Below are positions 9,085 through 15,700 of a stretch of DNA of 25,996 bases, one piece after another. Under the pieces are notes generated by a model that was not told the origin of the DNA, made no database searches, and saw only the letters and a program-made list of their open reading frames with translations. The stretch is from the IMG/VR virus record IMGVR_UViG_3300002092_000174, positions 1-25,996 of that record, one strand, 5' to 3'. The DNA comes from a virus (taxonomy: Duplodnaviria; Caudoviricetes). Numbering within the stretch: the first letter of the stretch is position 1; the number at the start of each line of letters is the position of its first letter. The position numbers and the translations under genes are program-made.

Positions 9085-9274
9085 TTGTAACCTCCATTTC
9101 GAAACCTTCATCGGTCTCTTTGATTTTTAATTTGCCAATGGCAACTTGGTGAAAGATATTCATAGTCTGTCGTTTAAATAAAATGCCCTCAGCCTTCTCT
9201 TTGAAGTAGAGGTAAGTCATCACGACCAAACCAATGAACAACACGAACTCCAACTCAGTGATAGTTATCATCAC
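9074..9274 (-). CDS. small membrane protein
   Basis: 66 aa with hydrophobic FVLFIGLVVMTYLYF; AAGGA RBS. Confidence 0.7.
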   Translation of the reverse strand: MMITITELEFVLFIGLVVMTYLYFKEKAEGILFKRQTMNIFHQVAIGKLKIKETDEGFEMEVTNAS

Positions 9275-9342
9275 ACTTCCTTTCAGTTAATAAGATTTAA
9301 ATACAGATCCACCCATCAATGGGGGGTTAGACACGGCTGTCG

Positions 9343-10458
9343 TTAGAACAACTCATGATTGTTCTTAGCCCACTCAGCGATCTCTTGGTTGTTACGAGCC
9401 AATCGAATCGACTTGGGATTGCGCATCATCATGGTAAAGAACACACCTTGAATCTCGCTAGATGGAATACGCTTGACGAACGACATGAACTTAGTCAACT
9501 GATCTTGTGTCTCTAAAACATCTACTGCTTGAAACATGATCATCAACTGCGCACTGATGTCCTTCGGTATCTCCACATCATCAGGATTCTTTACGATGTC
9601 CTTGACATCTACCAATGATTTCTCCAATGACATGAATGCCGACATATCACCTGCACCGCTTGCACCGATAGTGCCTGCGAGACATACCTTAGTAGCGTTC
9701 TCACCGATGATGTCACGATTGCGCACGATGACATCGCACTTGGCTAACGAGCGAGGAGAGACAAACGAGAGACTCGTCATTGATGGTTTGAAGATGTATG
9801 GGTTGTCCTTCTGATCTCCGTCTGTGTATGACGCCAAGCAACGAGGGAACATTGCAACGAACGCACGAACAACACGAGAGACACCATTCTCTGTTGCCCA
9901 TGCCAACCACTCATCTGCTGTTGGCTTTGCCATACGCACCAAGCACACACGATTGCCTGCGTGAGCGAGCATGTTGTCACCGACACCATCTGATGCATTA
10001 TTAGATGTTGCAATAATTGCCGATCCATCGGGCAGTGGACGATCACCTACCATCTTCTCTAGCATTAGTCGGGTGAAGATCACTTGCAGTAACTTCGGTG
10101 CTTTCATCAACTCGTCAAGCAAAATGTATTTCGGCTTGTTGTCATCGAGATTGAAGAGACTCGACACATAGTATTCCAACGCCTTGCTCGCATGGTTGGG
10201 AATAGTCATACCTATGTCTGACATATCTTTCACGGGGCAGTCTACATAGATGTAGTCGAACTTGTCGCCCTCGATACTTGTGCCGTCTTTGGGTGAGCGC
10301 CACTTGTCACCGTTATCTGATGCAATCATAGATAAAAGCGAGGTCTTGCCACAACCAGGTTCAGACTGCACGACTACTGTCGTATGTGGGGCTACTACGG
10401 GAATGAGTTTGCGTAACTCGTTGATTGATACTGTGTCGTTGAAATTGATTTTAGACAT
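9343..10458 (-). CDS. MoxR/CbbQ-like AAA+ ATPase
   Basis: Walker A SEPGCGKTS, Walker B ILLDE, sensor I ATSN, sensor II SPRS; next to a VWA gene. Confidence 0.88.
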   Translation of the reverse strand: MSKINFNDTVSINELRKLIPVVAPHTTVVVQSEPGCGKTSLLSMIASDNGDKWRSPKDGTSIEGDKFDYIYVDCPVKDMSDIGMTIPNHASKALEYYVSSLFNLDDNKPKYILLDELMKAPKLLQVIFTRLMLEKMVGDRPLPDGSAIIATSNNASDGVGDNMLAHAGNRVCLVRMAKPTADEWLAWATENGVSRVVRAFVAMFPRCLASYTDGDQKDNPYIFKPSMTSLSFVSPRSLAKCDVIVRNRDIIGENATKVCLAGTIGASGAGDMSAFMSLEKSLVDVKDIVKNPDDVEIPKDISAQLMIMFQAVDVLETQDQLTKFMSFVKRIPSSEIQGVFFTMMMRNPKSIRLARNNQEIAEWAKNNHELF

Positions 10459-10470
10459 GATGTCTTTCCT

Positions 10471-10510
10471 TTACTGATTGGATACTTAAAATTACTGACT
10501 TGATACTTAA
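10471..10510. repeat. tandem 19 bp imperfect direct repeat, 21 bp period
   Basis: TTACTGATTGGATACTTAA (10471-10489) and TTACTGACTTGATACTTAA (10492-10510). Confidence 0.75.
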
Positions 10511-10511
10511 C

Positions 10512-11426
10512 TTAGACGCACTTGAATGCGCCAAACTTCCCGAGGATGCTGTCTACATCCTCCTTCACTGCATGACGCACCGCATCGGAATCACGGATAT
10601 CCTCTGCCGTCACATCGCTCAGTGTTCTCTCTAGCGTTGCCCTTGCCTCCTCCAATGCGGGATCTGCGCTTAGATTGAATTGCTTGAATGACTCGCACAT
10701 CTCTTTCGCTTTCAAGATGGTCGTGTCATAGATCTTTCTCTTCTTGGTCTTGGTCTCGCCTGTGTTAGCGTCAACGCCTGTCTCGTCAACACCACAGCAA
10801 TGGCTAATAGACTTCATAACCTCAACGAACCTTGATTGTTGTTCCATCATTACATGGGACATTATTTCCTCTGCTTGAGTAGAGTATGACTCGAACAAGT
10901 CATCAGCGATGTCTTGCGCAATGGCGCACCTGAAATCGTTCATCGGCACTTCGGACACGAAAAGCCTTAAACCAAACTTTGACGCCAGTTCCTCACGGCT
11001 CGGATAATCATCTCGGTTGAACATGTCGCCTTGCTTGAACGCCATGTCGCTCACGATCGAATCGTAATCAGCAATGAATGTATTGACCGATGACTCGAAC
11101 GCTGACTTGTGGTCGTGCCACTCTTGCTTGAACTTGGGCATGTCCACGCTAGGCAGATAGTCCTGTGCGTTGTTCCACCGATAGGTGCGACGCTTGACCC
11201 AGTTGTAGATAGTCTGACGATAGTTCACGATCGCCTTGTGCTTGGGATGATCGGCTAGTAAGTTCTTCACATACTTGCCCGCGTTACGATCGGCATGCTT
11301 TGCCGTAGTAACCTCATTGCTGATGCCACGATCTTGCTTGGTAGCAGACCACACATTGACATCCACGCTGACTAACATACCCGATGTCGCAAGACTGATC
11401 AGGTGCTTTGGCTTTTGTAATTCCAT
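10512..11426 (-). CDS. conserved helical phage protein, possibly DUF3150-like
   Basis: 304 aa, AAAGGG RBS; LVSVDVNVWSATKQD...FNRDDYPS...KF pattern recalled from proteins upstream of AAA/VWA pairs; family name tentative. Confidence 0.7.
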   Translation of the reverse strand: MELQKPKHLISLATSGMLVSVDVNVWSATKQDRGISNEVTTAKHADRNAGKYVKNLLADHPKHKAIVNYRQTIYNWVKRRTYRWNNAQDYLPSVDMPKFKQEWHDHKSAFESSVNTFIADYDSIVSDMAFKQGDMFNRDDYPSREELASKFGLRLFVSEVPMNDFRCAIAQDIADDLFESYSTQAEEIMSHVMMEQQSRFVEVMKSISHCCGVDETGVDANTGETKTKKRKIYDTTILKAKEMCESFKQFNLSADPALEEARATLERTLSDVTAEDIRDSDAVRHAVKEDVDSILGKFGAFKCV

Positions 11427-11510
11427 TTGAATTCCCTTTCGTTTAAAAACAAATCCACTATTACATGGACTACTAAATAACGGCGGTCACTGCTGACTCC
11501 TCCATTGGCT

Positions 11511-11543
11511 ATAAGTATAACAGAACTTGACTTATTAGTCAAG
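11511..11543 (-). promoter_or_regulatory. sigma70-type promoter with overlapping palindrome (copy 1)
   Basis: TTGACT-17 bp-TATACT with TGn extended -10; CTTGACT-N4-AGTCAAG palindrome over the -35; identical to 12664-12696. Confidence 0.85.
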
Positions 11544-11547
11544 AGGT

Positions 11548-11970
11548 TTACTCAACTTTTTTAGATAACCAATCGCAGGTGATCTCTCTCCTGAGACTGA
11601 TGTAGTCCTCTTCGAGATCGCCAAACTCTTTCTTGGTGATGTCATCTGCGTTCTCACCGATCTCAATGTATTGACCCACGATGCAGTCGTTGTCCTCGTG
11701 GAACTCAAATGCCAAACTCCACAACGCCATGTGCGCCCTGACATTCACATAGTCGGGATACCATTTGATTTCGTGTGGCGTATGAAAATTAAACTGTAAC
11801 TTGGTCATGTCGATCTCGAGCCACTCGTTGATCGAGCCCTCCTTACCAGTCCACAACACGGGTATCTTGGACTTGGCTTCGCATAAGAATGTATTGAACG
11901 ACTGCTCGCTCTTCTTATCGTCATCGCCCACGAATCGTATGGTGTATGCCACCAATGATCTATAACCCAT
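11548..11970 (-). CDS. hypothetical acidic phage protein
   Basis: 140 aa, AGGAGGAG RBS. Confidence 0.8.
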   Translation of the reverse strand: MGYRSLVAYTIRFVGDDDKKSEQSFNTFLCEAKSKIPVLWTGKEGSINEWLEIDMTKLQFNFHTPHEIKWYPDYVNVRAHMALWSLAFEFHEDNDCIVGQYIEIGENADDITKKEFGDLEEDYISLRREITCDWLSKKVE

Positions 11971-12184
11971 TGACTCCTCCTTTGTGTGATGAGTTCAATC
12001 CCTTGAGCAAAGACATATCCGTCACCAGTATGTAGTTGGACTTGGGCATCGGCACGACTGTGCGCACCACACGCTTGGACTCGGACTCACCACATGGTAG
12101 GCACATCTTGTAACCAAGACTCCACCTTGCCGTGGGATACCGATCACCGCATACACGGCACTCTGCTTTATAGGACATAACCAT
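11960..12184 (-). CDS. small C4 zinc-finger protein
   Basis: CRVCG...R..LGYKMCLPCG; GAGGAG RBS; start 12184 or 12178. Confidence 0.75.
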   Translation of the reverse strand: MVMSYKAECRVCGDRYPTARWSLGYKMCLPCGESESKRVVRTVVPMPKSNYILVTDMSLLKGLNSSHKGGVNGL

Positions 12185-12311
12185 TCTCCTCTGCGTAGTG
12201 CATCAGCATGTAGATGAGCAGTAGGGCTTCCCATGACTTGCCCTCACCGCACCACTTGATAGCAAGATCTGCTGTCTCCCATGCTTCTCGTTTAAAAATC
12301 TTCTTGCTCAT
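12168..12311 (-). CDS. 47 aa hypothetical protein (not in ORF track)
   Basis: Hand-translated MSKKIFKREAWETADLAIKWCGEGKSWEALLLIYMLMHYAEENGYVL; ATGA overlap with upstream stop; fills the gap. Confidence 0.6.
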   Translation of the reverse strand: MSKKIFKREAWETADLAIKWCGEGKSWEALLLIYMLMHYAEENGYVL

Positions 12312-12583
12312 ACTCTGTTGTCCCTTGTTGCTTGCTCGTATGTGTCACGGTGGAACTCCATCTCACGGACATGGAAGTGTGTGTCTAACTTCTCAGGGTC
12401 TTGTTCGCAAAGCCACGCATCCCACAACGCCAGATCTTTGTGCGCATAGACGCCTATGACTTTCTCGGCTGTTGCCGTCACTTCGATCAGCGCAAAGACT
12501 GACTCAGGCAGAAATGGGTTAGGCATTAAACCCGTCTCCACTGCATCATGGATTGCAATACTAAGTTGTTTCATCTGTCCCAT
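12308..12583 (-). CDS. hypothetical early protein
   Basis: ORF 12308..12610; GGGAGA RBS favours ATG 12583. Confidence 0.7.
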   Translation of the reverse strand: MGQMKQLSIAIHDAVETGLMPNPFLPESVFALIEVTATAEKVIGVYAHKDLALWDAWLCEQDPEKLDTHFHVREMEFHRDTYEQATRDNRV

Positions 12584-12663
12584 AAGGTTTCTCCCAGTTT
12601 GAAAATCCACTATTGGGTGGATCGTTGTTTAACATCGGTGATGAGTTGCTCTCCCCACCAGTC

Positions 12664-12696
12664 ATAAGTATAACAGAACTTGACTTATTAGTCAAG
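12664..12696 (-). promoter_or_regulatory. sigma70-type promoter with overlapping palindrome (copy 2)
   Basis: 33/33 identical to 11511-11543. Confidence 0.85.
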
Positions 12697-12719
12697 GGAG
12701 TTGGGTAAGTTTTTTATTT

Positions 12720-13080
12720 AGGGTTTTGTTCTACTTGTTCTACCTTGTTCTACTTTTTCCACTTTACATATAGAACGAGGAAAATTAAATTTTTGTAAGG
12801 GAAAGTATTAGTTTTAGATAAGAAATTCTATATAATATTAATTATAAAGATATAAAAAAATAAGTGTTGTTCTATGTTCTAGTAAATTTGAGGGGGTATA
12901 CGGTTCTATTTCGCTTTTTCTCTGCACTGGCTGGCGAACCCTCCCTTGCCCGACTTTTTTCAAAAATCCGACCATCCTGCCAAAAATCGTAGAACATTAG
13001 AACAAAACCCCGCTAACCCGCATGAAACCTAGAAAGTTCTGTTCTAACTATGCTTATAAAAGTAGAACATGTTCTAGAAC
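12720..13080. other. putative replication origin (AT-rich, iteron-like hexamers)
   Basis: No long ORF; AT-rich core at ~12780-12865; 13 GTTCTA/TAGAAC copies; palindrome TAGAACATGTTCTA 13063-13076. Confidence 0.55.
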
Positions 13081-13103
13081 ACAGCACAAATCAGGTCTAT
13101 CAA

Positions 13104-13166
13104 TTCTGAGAACGGTAGGCGATGCGCTATTTGACGTAGCGTCATTTCTGAGAACGGTAGGCGATG
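13104..13166. repeat. two perfect 21 bp direct repeats separated by 21 bp
   Basis: TTCTGAGAACGGTAGGCGATG at 13104-13124 and 13146-13166. Confidence 0.9.
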
Positions 13167-13173
13167 ATTCAAA

Positions 13174-13259
13174 ATCCACTATTCGATGGATCGTTAATTA
13201 AGGCGCTTGTGCATGCAACGCTCACTTAACGCGCGCGACCACAAATAACTGGTATCAAA
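13174..13259. repeat. conserved intergenic composite element, copy A
   Basis: ATCCAC-N6-ATGGATCGTT...CGCTTG...CGCTC...CGCGCGCGACCACAAATAACTGGTATCAAA. Confidence 0.85.
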
Positions 13260-13269
13260 ACACAGGGCC

Positions 13270-13295
13270 AAAAAAAAGCCACCCGAAGGTGGCTT
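13270..13295 (-). terminator. intrinsic terminator
   Basis: Minus strand GCCACC-TTCG-GGTGGC followed by T8. Confidence 0.9.
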
Positions 13296-13311
13296 AGAAG
13301 TTTCTCAGTTA

Positions 13312-13911
13312 TTACTTATTGTATGTCGCCCAAAACGCTTTTACAGCAAGTTTAAACTTTGCGCTGTCCGCTGTGGAATCCATACCTCGTGTTTGCTTGA
13401 CCTTGCAGGATTTTTCTTGTTTCTCGAAATCCTTTGTGATTGATTCCACAAAGTTTAGCGATGCCCGTGTGGTTGACTGTCCAACAGTTAAAAGGCTTTT
13501 TGCTATGCGTTTTAATTCCCTGATCTTATTAGAGCAATAAGTGGAGGTGGCATCTCTCGCCTCGCCTATGATTTTATGTAGTGATGGATTCGTGTTTTTA
13601 AGTTTCCCGAATTCCTGAGATGAAAAGGAAAACGCATACGCCACAGTCATCTCGATCTTTTCAACCTTTTTGTTGGCGATTTGCTCGGGCGAGGCGATTA
13701 CATAGTGATCGTTGACGACAGCATACACAACAGGCTTTTTGATCTCGCTATGTCTCAGGCGATACCCATCTACCATATCGGCTTGGATTTCCTCGGGGAT
13801 TGTTTCGGGGAAGCCAGCGATTTTATCGAGGGCATATTGCGCCTGATCTCTAGAGGTGTCTGTTGTGATAGCGTGTTGATATGCGAAATCTTTGAATGAT
13901 TTAAATTGCAT
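13312..13911 (-). CDS. unknown early protein, paralog 1
   Basis: 199 aa, GGAG RBS, own promoter and terminator; aligns end to end with 14136..14801. Confidence 0.88.
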   Translation of the reverse strand: MQFKSFKDFAYQHAITTDTSRDQAQYALDKIAGFPETIPEEIQADMVDGYRLRHSEIKKPVVYAVVNDHYVIASPEQIANKKVEKIEMTVAYAFSFSSQEFGKLKNTNPSLHKIIGEARDATSTYCSNKIRELKRIAKSLLTVGQSTTRASLNFVESITKDFEKQEKSCKVKQTRGMDSTADSAKFKLAVKAFWATYNK

Positions 13912-13968
13912 TTGATTACTCCAAAAGTTAAGAACATATCGCCTAGAGGATTCGTTGGCGACAGATAT

Positions 13969-13997
13969 AAGGTATCAAATCAAGCCCTTTAAGTAAA
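13969..13997 (-). promoter_or_regulatory. early sigma70-type promoter
   Basis: TTTACT-17 bp-TACCTT with TGn; AACTTTACTT shared with the promoters at 14866 and 15672. Confidence 0.65.
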
Positions 13998-13998
13998 G

Positions 13999-14082
13999 TT
14001 CCACAGGGGAATGGATCGTTATTTAACTCGCTTGACCTGCCTGCGCTCTTCACGCGCGCGACCACAAATAACTGGTATCAAA
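13999..14082. repeat. conserved intergenic composite element, copy B
   Basis: TTCCAC-AGGGGA-ATGGATCGTT...CGCTTG...CGCTC...CGCGCGCGACCACAAATAACTGGTATCAAA. Confidence 0.85.
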
Positions 14083-14092
14083 ACGCGGGGAC

Positions 14093-14122
14093 AAAAAAAA
14101 GCCCCGCCAAATGGCGGGGCTT
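14093..14122 (-). terminator. intrinsic terminator
   Basis: Minus strand GCCCCGCC-ATTT-GGCGGGGC followed by T8. Confidence 0.9.
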
Positions 14123-14135
14123 AGTGTGCTAAGTA

Positions 14136-14801
14136 TTACTTAGCGTCTGCATGATTCCATTTGACCATGAACGCGATCTTCGCATCCGTGAATCGTTTGG
14201 TGTCGGCAGTTGAATCACCGCGTGACTTAGCGGTCTTCAGTCTGGTCTCAGCGGTGTCTTTGAACCATTCATTAATGAACTCTTCGAAGTTCAGATTCGC
14301 TTTGCGAGTCTTGCCTTCTTCACCGCTCGCTTCTTTCTGTAGTCGTATTGCTACGCGCTTGAGTTCAGCGAGTCGGTTCGAGCAGTAGGTGCTAGTTTTG
14401 TCACGGACTTTACCGATTAGTGAATGAAGCGCGGGACGCGTGTTCTTCAGTTTGCCAAACTCTTGCTGACTATAAGAATACGCATGATCGACACCGATTT
14501 TGATCTTCTCGACATTGTCGGTCTTGATGTGTTCTGGTGTAGCGATCACATAATGATCATTGATCACCGCGTAGACTACTGGTTCAAGCAGTTGCGTGAA
14601 CTTCATTCTGTACCCGTTGTAAAGCGCGTCCTTAACTTCGCTTGCTACTTCAGTAGGGAATGATGCGTCTTGCGACATAACGAAGCGCGCTACTGCTTCA
14701 GTCGTTTGGTATGCACCCGCTTGCTGAAAACCCGCGTCTTGAACGGATGTGAACGATGCGCTAGTTTGAGTCGTAGCAGACTTGGGCTTTGTAGTTGCCA
14801 T
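14136..14801 (-). CDS. unknown early protein, paralog 2
   Basis: ORF 14136..14861; GGAGA RBS favours ATG 14801 (MATTK); shares PVVYAV(V/I)NDHYVIA, QEFGKLKNT, TSTYCSN with paralog 1. Confidence 0.88.
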   Translation of the reverse strand: MATTKPKSATTQTSASFTSVQDAGFQQAGAYQTTEAVARFVMSQDASFPTEVASEVKDALYNGYRMKFTQLLEPVVYAVINDHYVIATPEHIKTDNVEKIKIGVDHAYSYSQQEFGKLKNTRPALHSLIGKVRDKTSTYCSNRLAELKRVAIRLQKEASGEEGKTRKANLNFEEFINEWFKDTAETRLKTAKSRGDSTADTKRFTDAKIAFMVKWNHADAK

Positions 14802-14865
14802 GTCAATCTCCATGAAAATGAACGATTTAAAAATATCGGCAGAAGAATTTCTAACCGACAAATGA

Positions 14866-14895
14866 AGAGTAGCATTTTGTAGGGTCTAAAGTAAA
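14866..14895 (-). promoter_or_regulatory. early sigma70-type promoter
   Basis: TTTACT-18 bp-TACTCT with TGn. Confidence 0.6.
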
Positions 14896-14896
14896 G

Positions 14897-14978
14897 TTCC
14901 ATAGGGGAATGGATCACTAATTAGCGCGCTTGTCACGCTCACGCTTCGCGCGCCCGACCACACATAACTGGTATCAAA
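14897..14978. repeat. conserved intergenic composite element, copy C
   Basis: TTCCAT-AGGGGA-ATGGATC...CGCTTG...CGCTC...CGCGCGCCCGACCACACATAACTGGTATCAAA. Confidence 0.85.
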
Positions 14979-14998
14979 CCCTCCCCGAAGGGAGGGTT
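14976..14998 (-). terminator. terminator-like hairpin
   Basis: Minus strand CCCTCCC-TTCG-GGGAGGG then TTT, where the TTT is the start of the TTTGATACC box. Confidence 0.7.
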
Positions 14999-15002
14999 GT
15001 GG

Positions 15003-15194
15003 TTAGCGCACCCGACTATATTCTTCGCCGTCTATCTTGGCGCAGAACGTAGCACGTTGCACTTGTAGTCTAGCCTTACGAAAGAACTCGTAGCGGCTTG
15101 GTAGTTCAGAGAAGGGGCGACGTTGGTACATCGCCTCTCTCAACGCTTGATACACATGGGCTCGCCATATGTTGCGCTGACCTGTTGTCATCAC
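15003..15194 (-). CDS. hypothetical basic early protein
   Basis: 63 aa, GTGA overlap with upstream gene. Confidence 0.65.
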   Translation of the reverse strand: MMTTGQRNIWRAHVYQALREAMYQRRPFSELPSRYEFFRKARLQVQRATFCAKIDGEEYSRVR

Positions 15195-15400
15195 TCTTCT
15201 CTGAATGATGGGTCAATCCACAGCATGATCTGCACCATGAGCAGACCACCAACTACAAACAGTACAGTGTCCCAACCGATGTAGTTGTTACCTGATGTAA
15301 TGCCGAGGTTGATGCAATACATGCGAGACATGAACACCATGCCGATGATGAACCAAGTGAGAGCGTCCACAATCTTGCGGACTCCACGAACTGCTGACAT
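15191..15400 (-). CDS. small two-TM membrane protein
   Basis: 69 aa, AGGAGA RBS, two hydrophobic segments. Confidence 0.7.
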   Translation of the reverse strand: MSAVRGVRKIVDALTWFIIGMVFMSRMYCINLGITSGNNYIGWDTVLFVVGGLLMVQIMLWIDPSFREE

Positions 15401-15421
15401 ATCAATCTCCTAGTTAAAGAT

Positions 15422-15439
15422 GGGGGGCTTGCGCCCCCC
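15422..15439 (-). other. GC hairpin with GCAA tetraloop and no U-tract
   Basis: Minus strand GGGGGGC-GCAA-GCCCCCC between two small genes. Confidence 0.6.
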
Positions 15440-15444
15440 GAGGG

Positions 15445-15606
15445 TTAGCGGTAGTAACGAACCGCCATCGTGCGACCGAAGAGGTCGGTCACCTTACCGA
15501 ACATGTCCTTGTTCGGGTACTTATATAGCCACTCCTTGGCAGAGGCTAAAGACCATGCGGTGTGGGTTGCCGCTGTGTTACCCCACTGGATGTGTACTGT
15601 GTACAT
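15445..15606 (-). CDS. 53 aa hypothetical protein, first gene of the early arm (not in ORF track)
   Basis: Hand-translated MYTVHIQWGNTAATHTAWSLASAKEWLYKYPNKDMFGKVTDLFGRTMAVRYYR; GGGAGA RBS; promoter upstream. Confidence 0.7.
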   Translation of the reverse strand: MYTVHIQWGNTAATHTAWSLASAKEWLYKYPNKDMFGKVTDLFGRTMAVRYYR

Positions 15607-15671
15607 GTCATCTCCCGTGTATGGACTGGCTGACTAGTCGTTGACCAAGTGGCTTCCGAATCCATGTGTGT

Positions 15672-15700
15672 AGATTACTAGAACGGGGGGCATAAGTAAA
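15672..15700 (-). promoter_or_regulatory. early sigma70-type promoter
   Basis: TTTACT-17 bp-TAATCT. Confidence 0.65.

Noticed and set aside
13104-13166. CRISPR array
   Set aside because: Only two 21 bp repeats with one 21 bp spacer and no cas genes; kept only as a direct repeat
13247-13259. FNR or IHF site for TTTGATACCAGTT
   Set aside because: Only a TTGAT half-site; the second FNR half (ATCAA) and the IHF TTR element are missing
11453-14004. DnaA boxes within the ATCCAC/TTCCAC motifs
   Set aside because: Two or more mismatches to TTATCCACA; the dyad symmetry with fixed spacer fits a dimeric binder better
13174-14978. Integron attC sites for the cassette elements
   Set aside because: No RYYYAAC...GTTRRRY ends or long imperfect hairpin, no integrase, and the cassettes have their own promoters and terminators
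89-15644. Plus-strand ORFs across the left arm and same-strand nested ORFs (e.g. 1727..2113, 8521..9003, 1434..1901, 4254..4562)
   Set aside because: Shadows of well-supported minus-strand genes; no RBS or recognisable motifs
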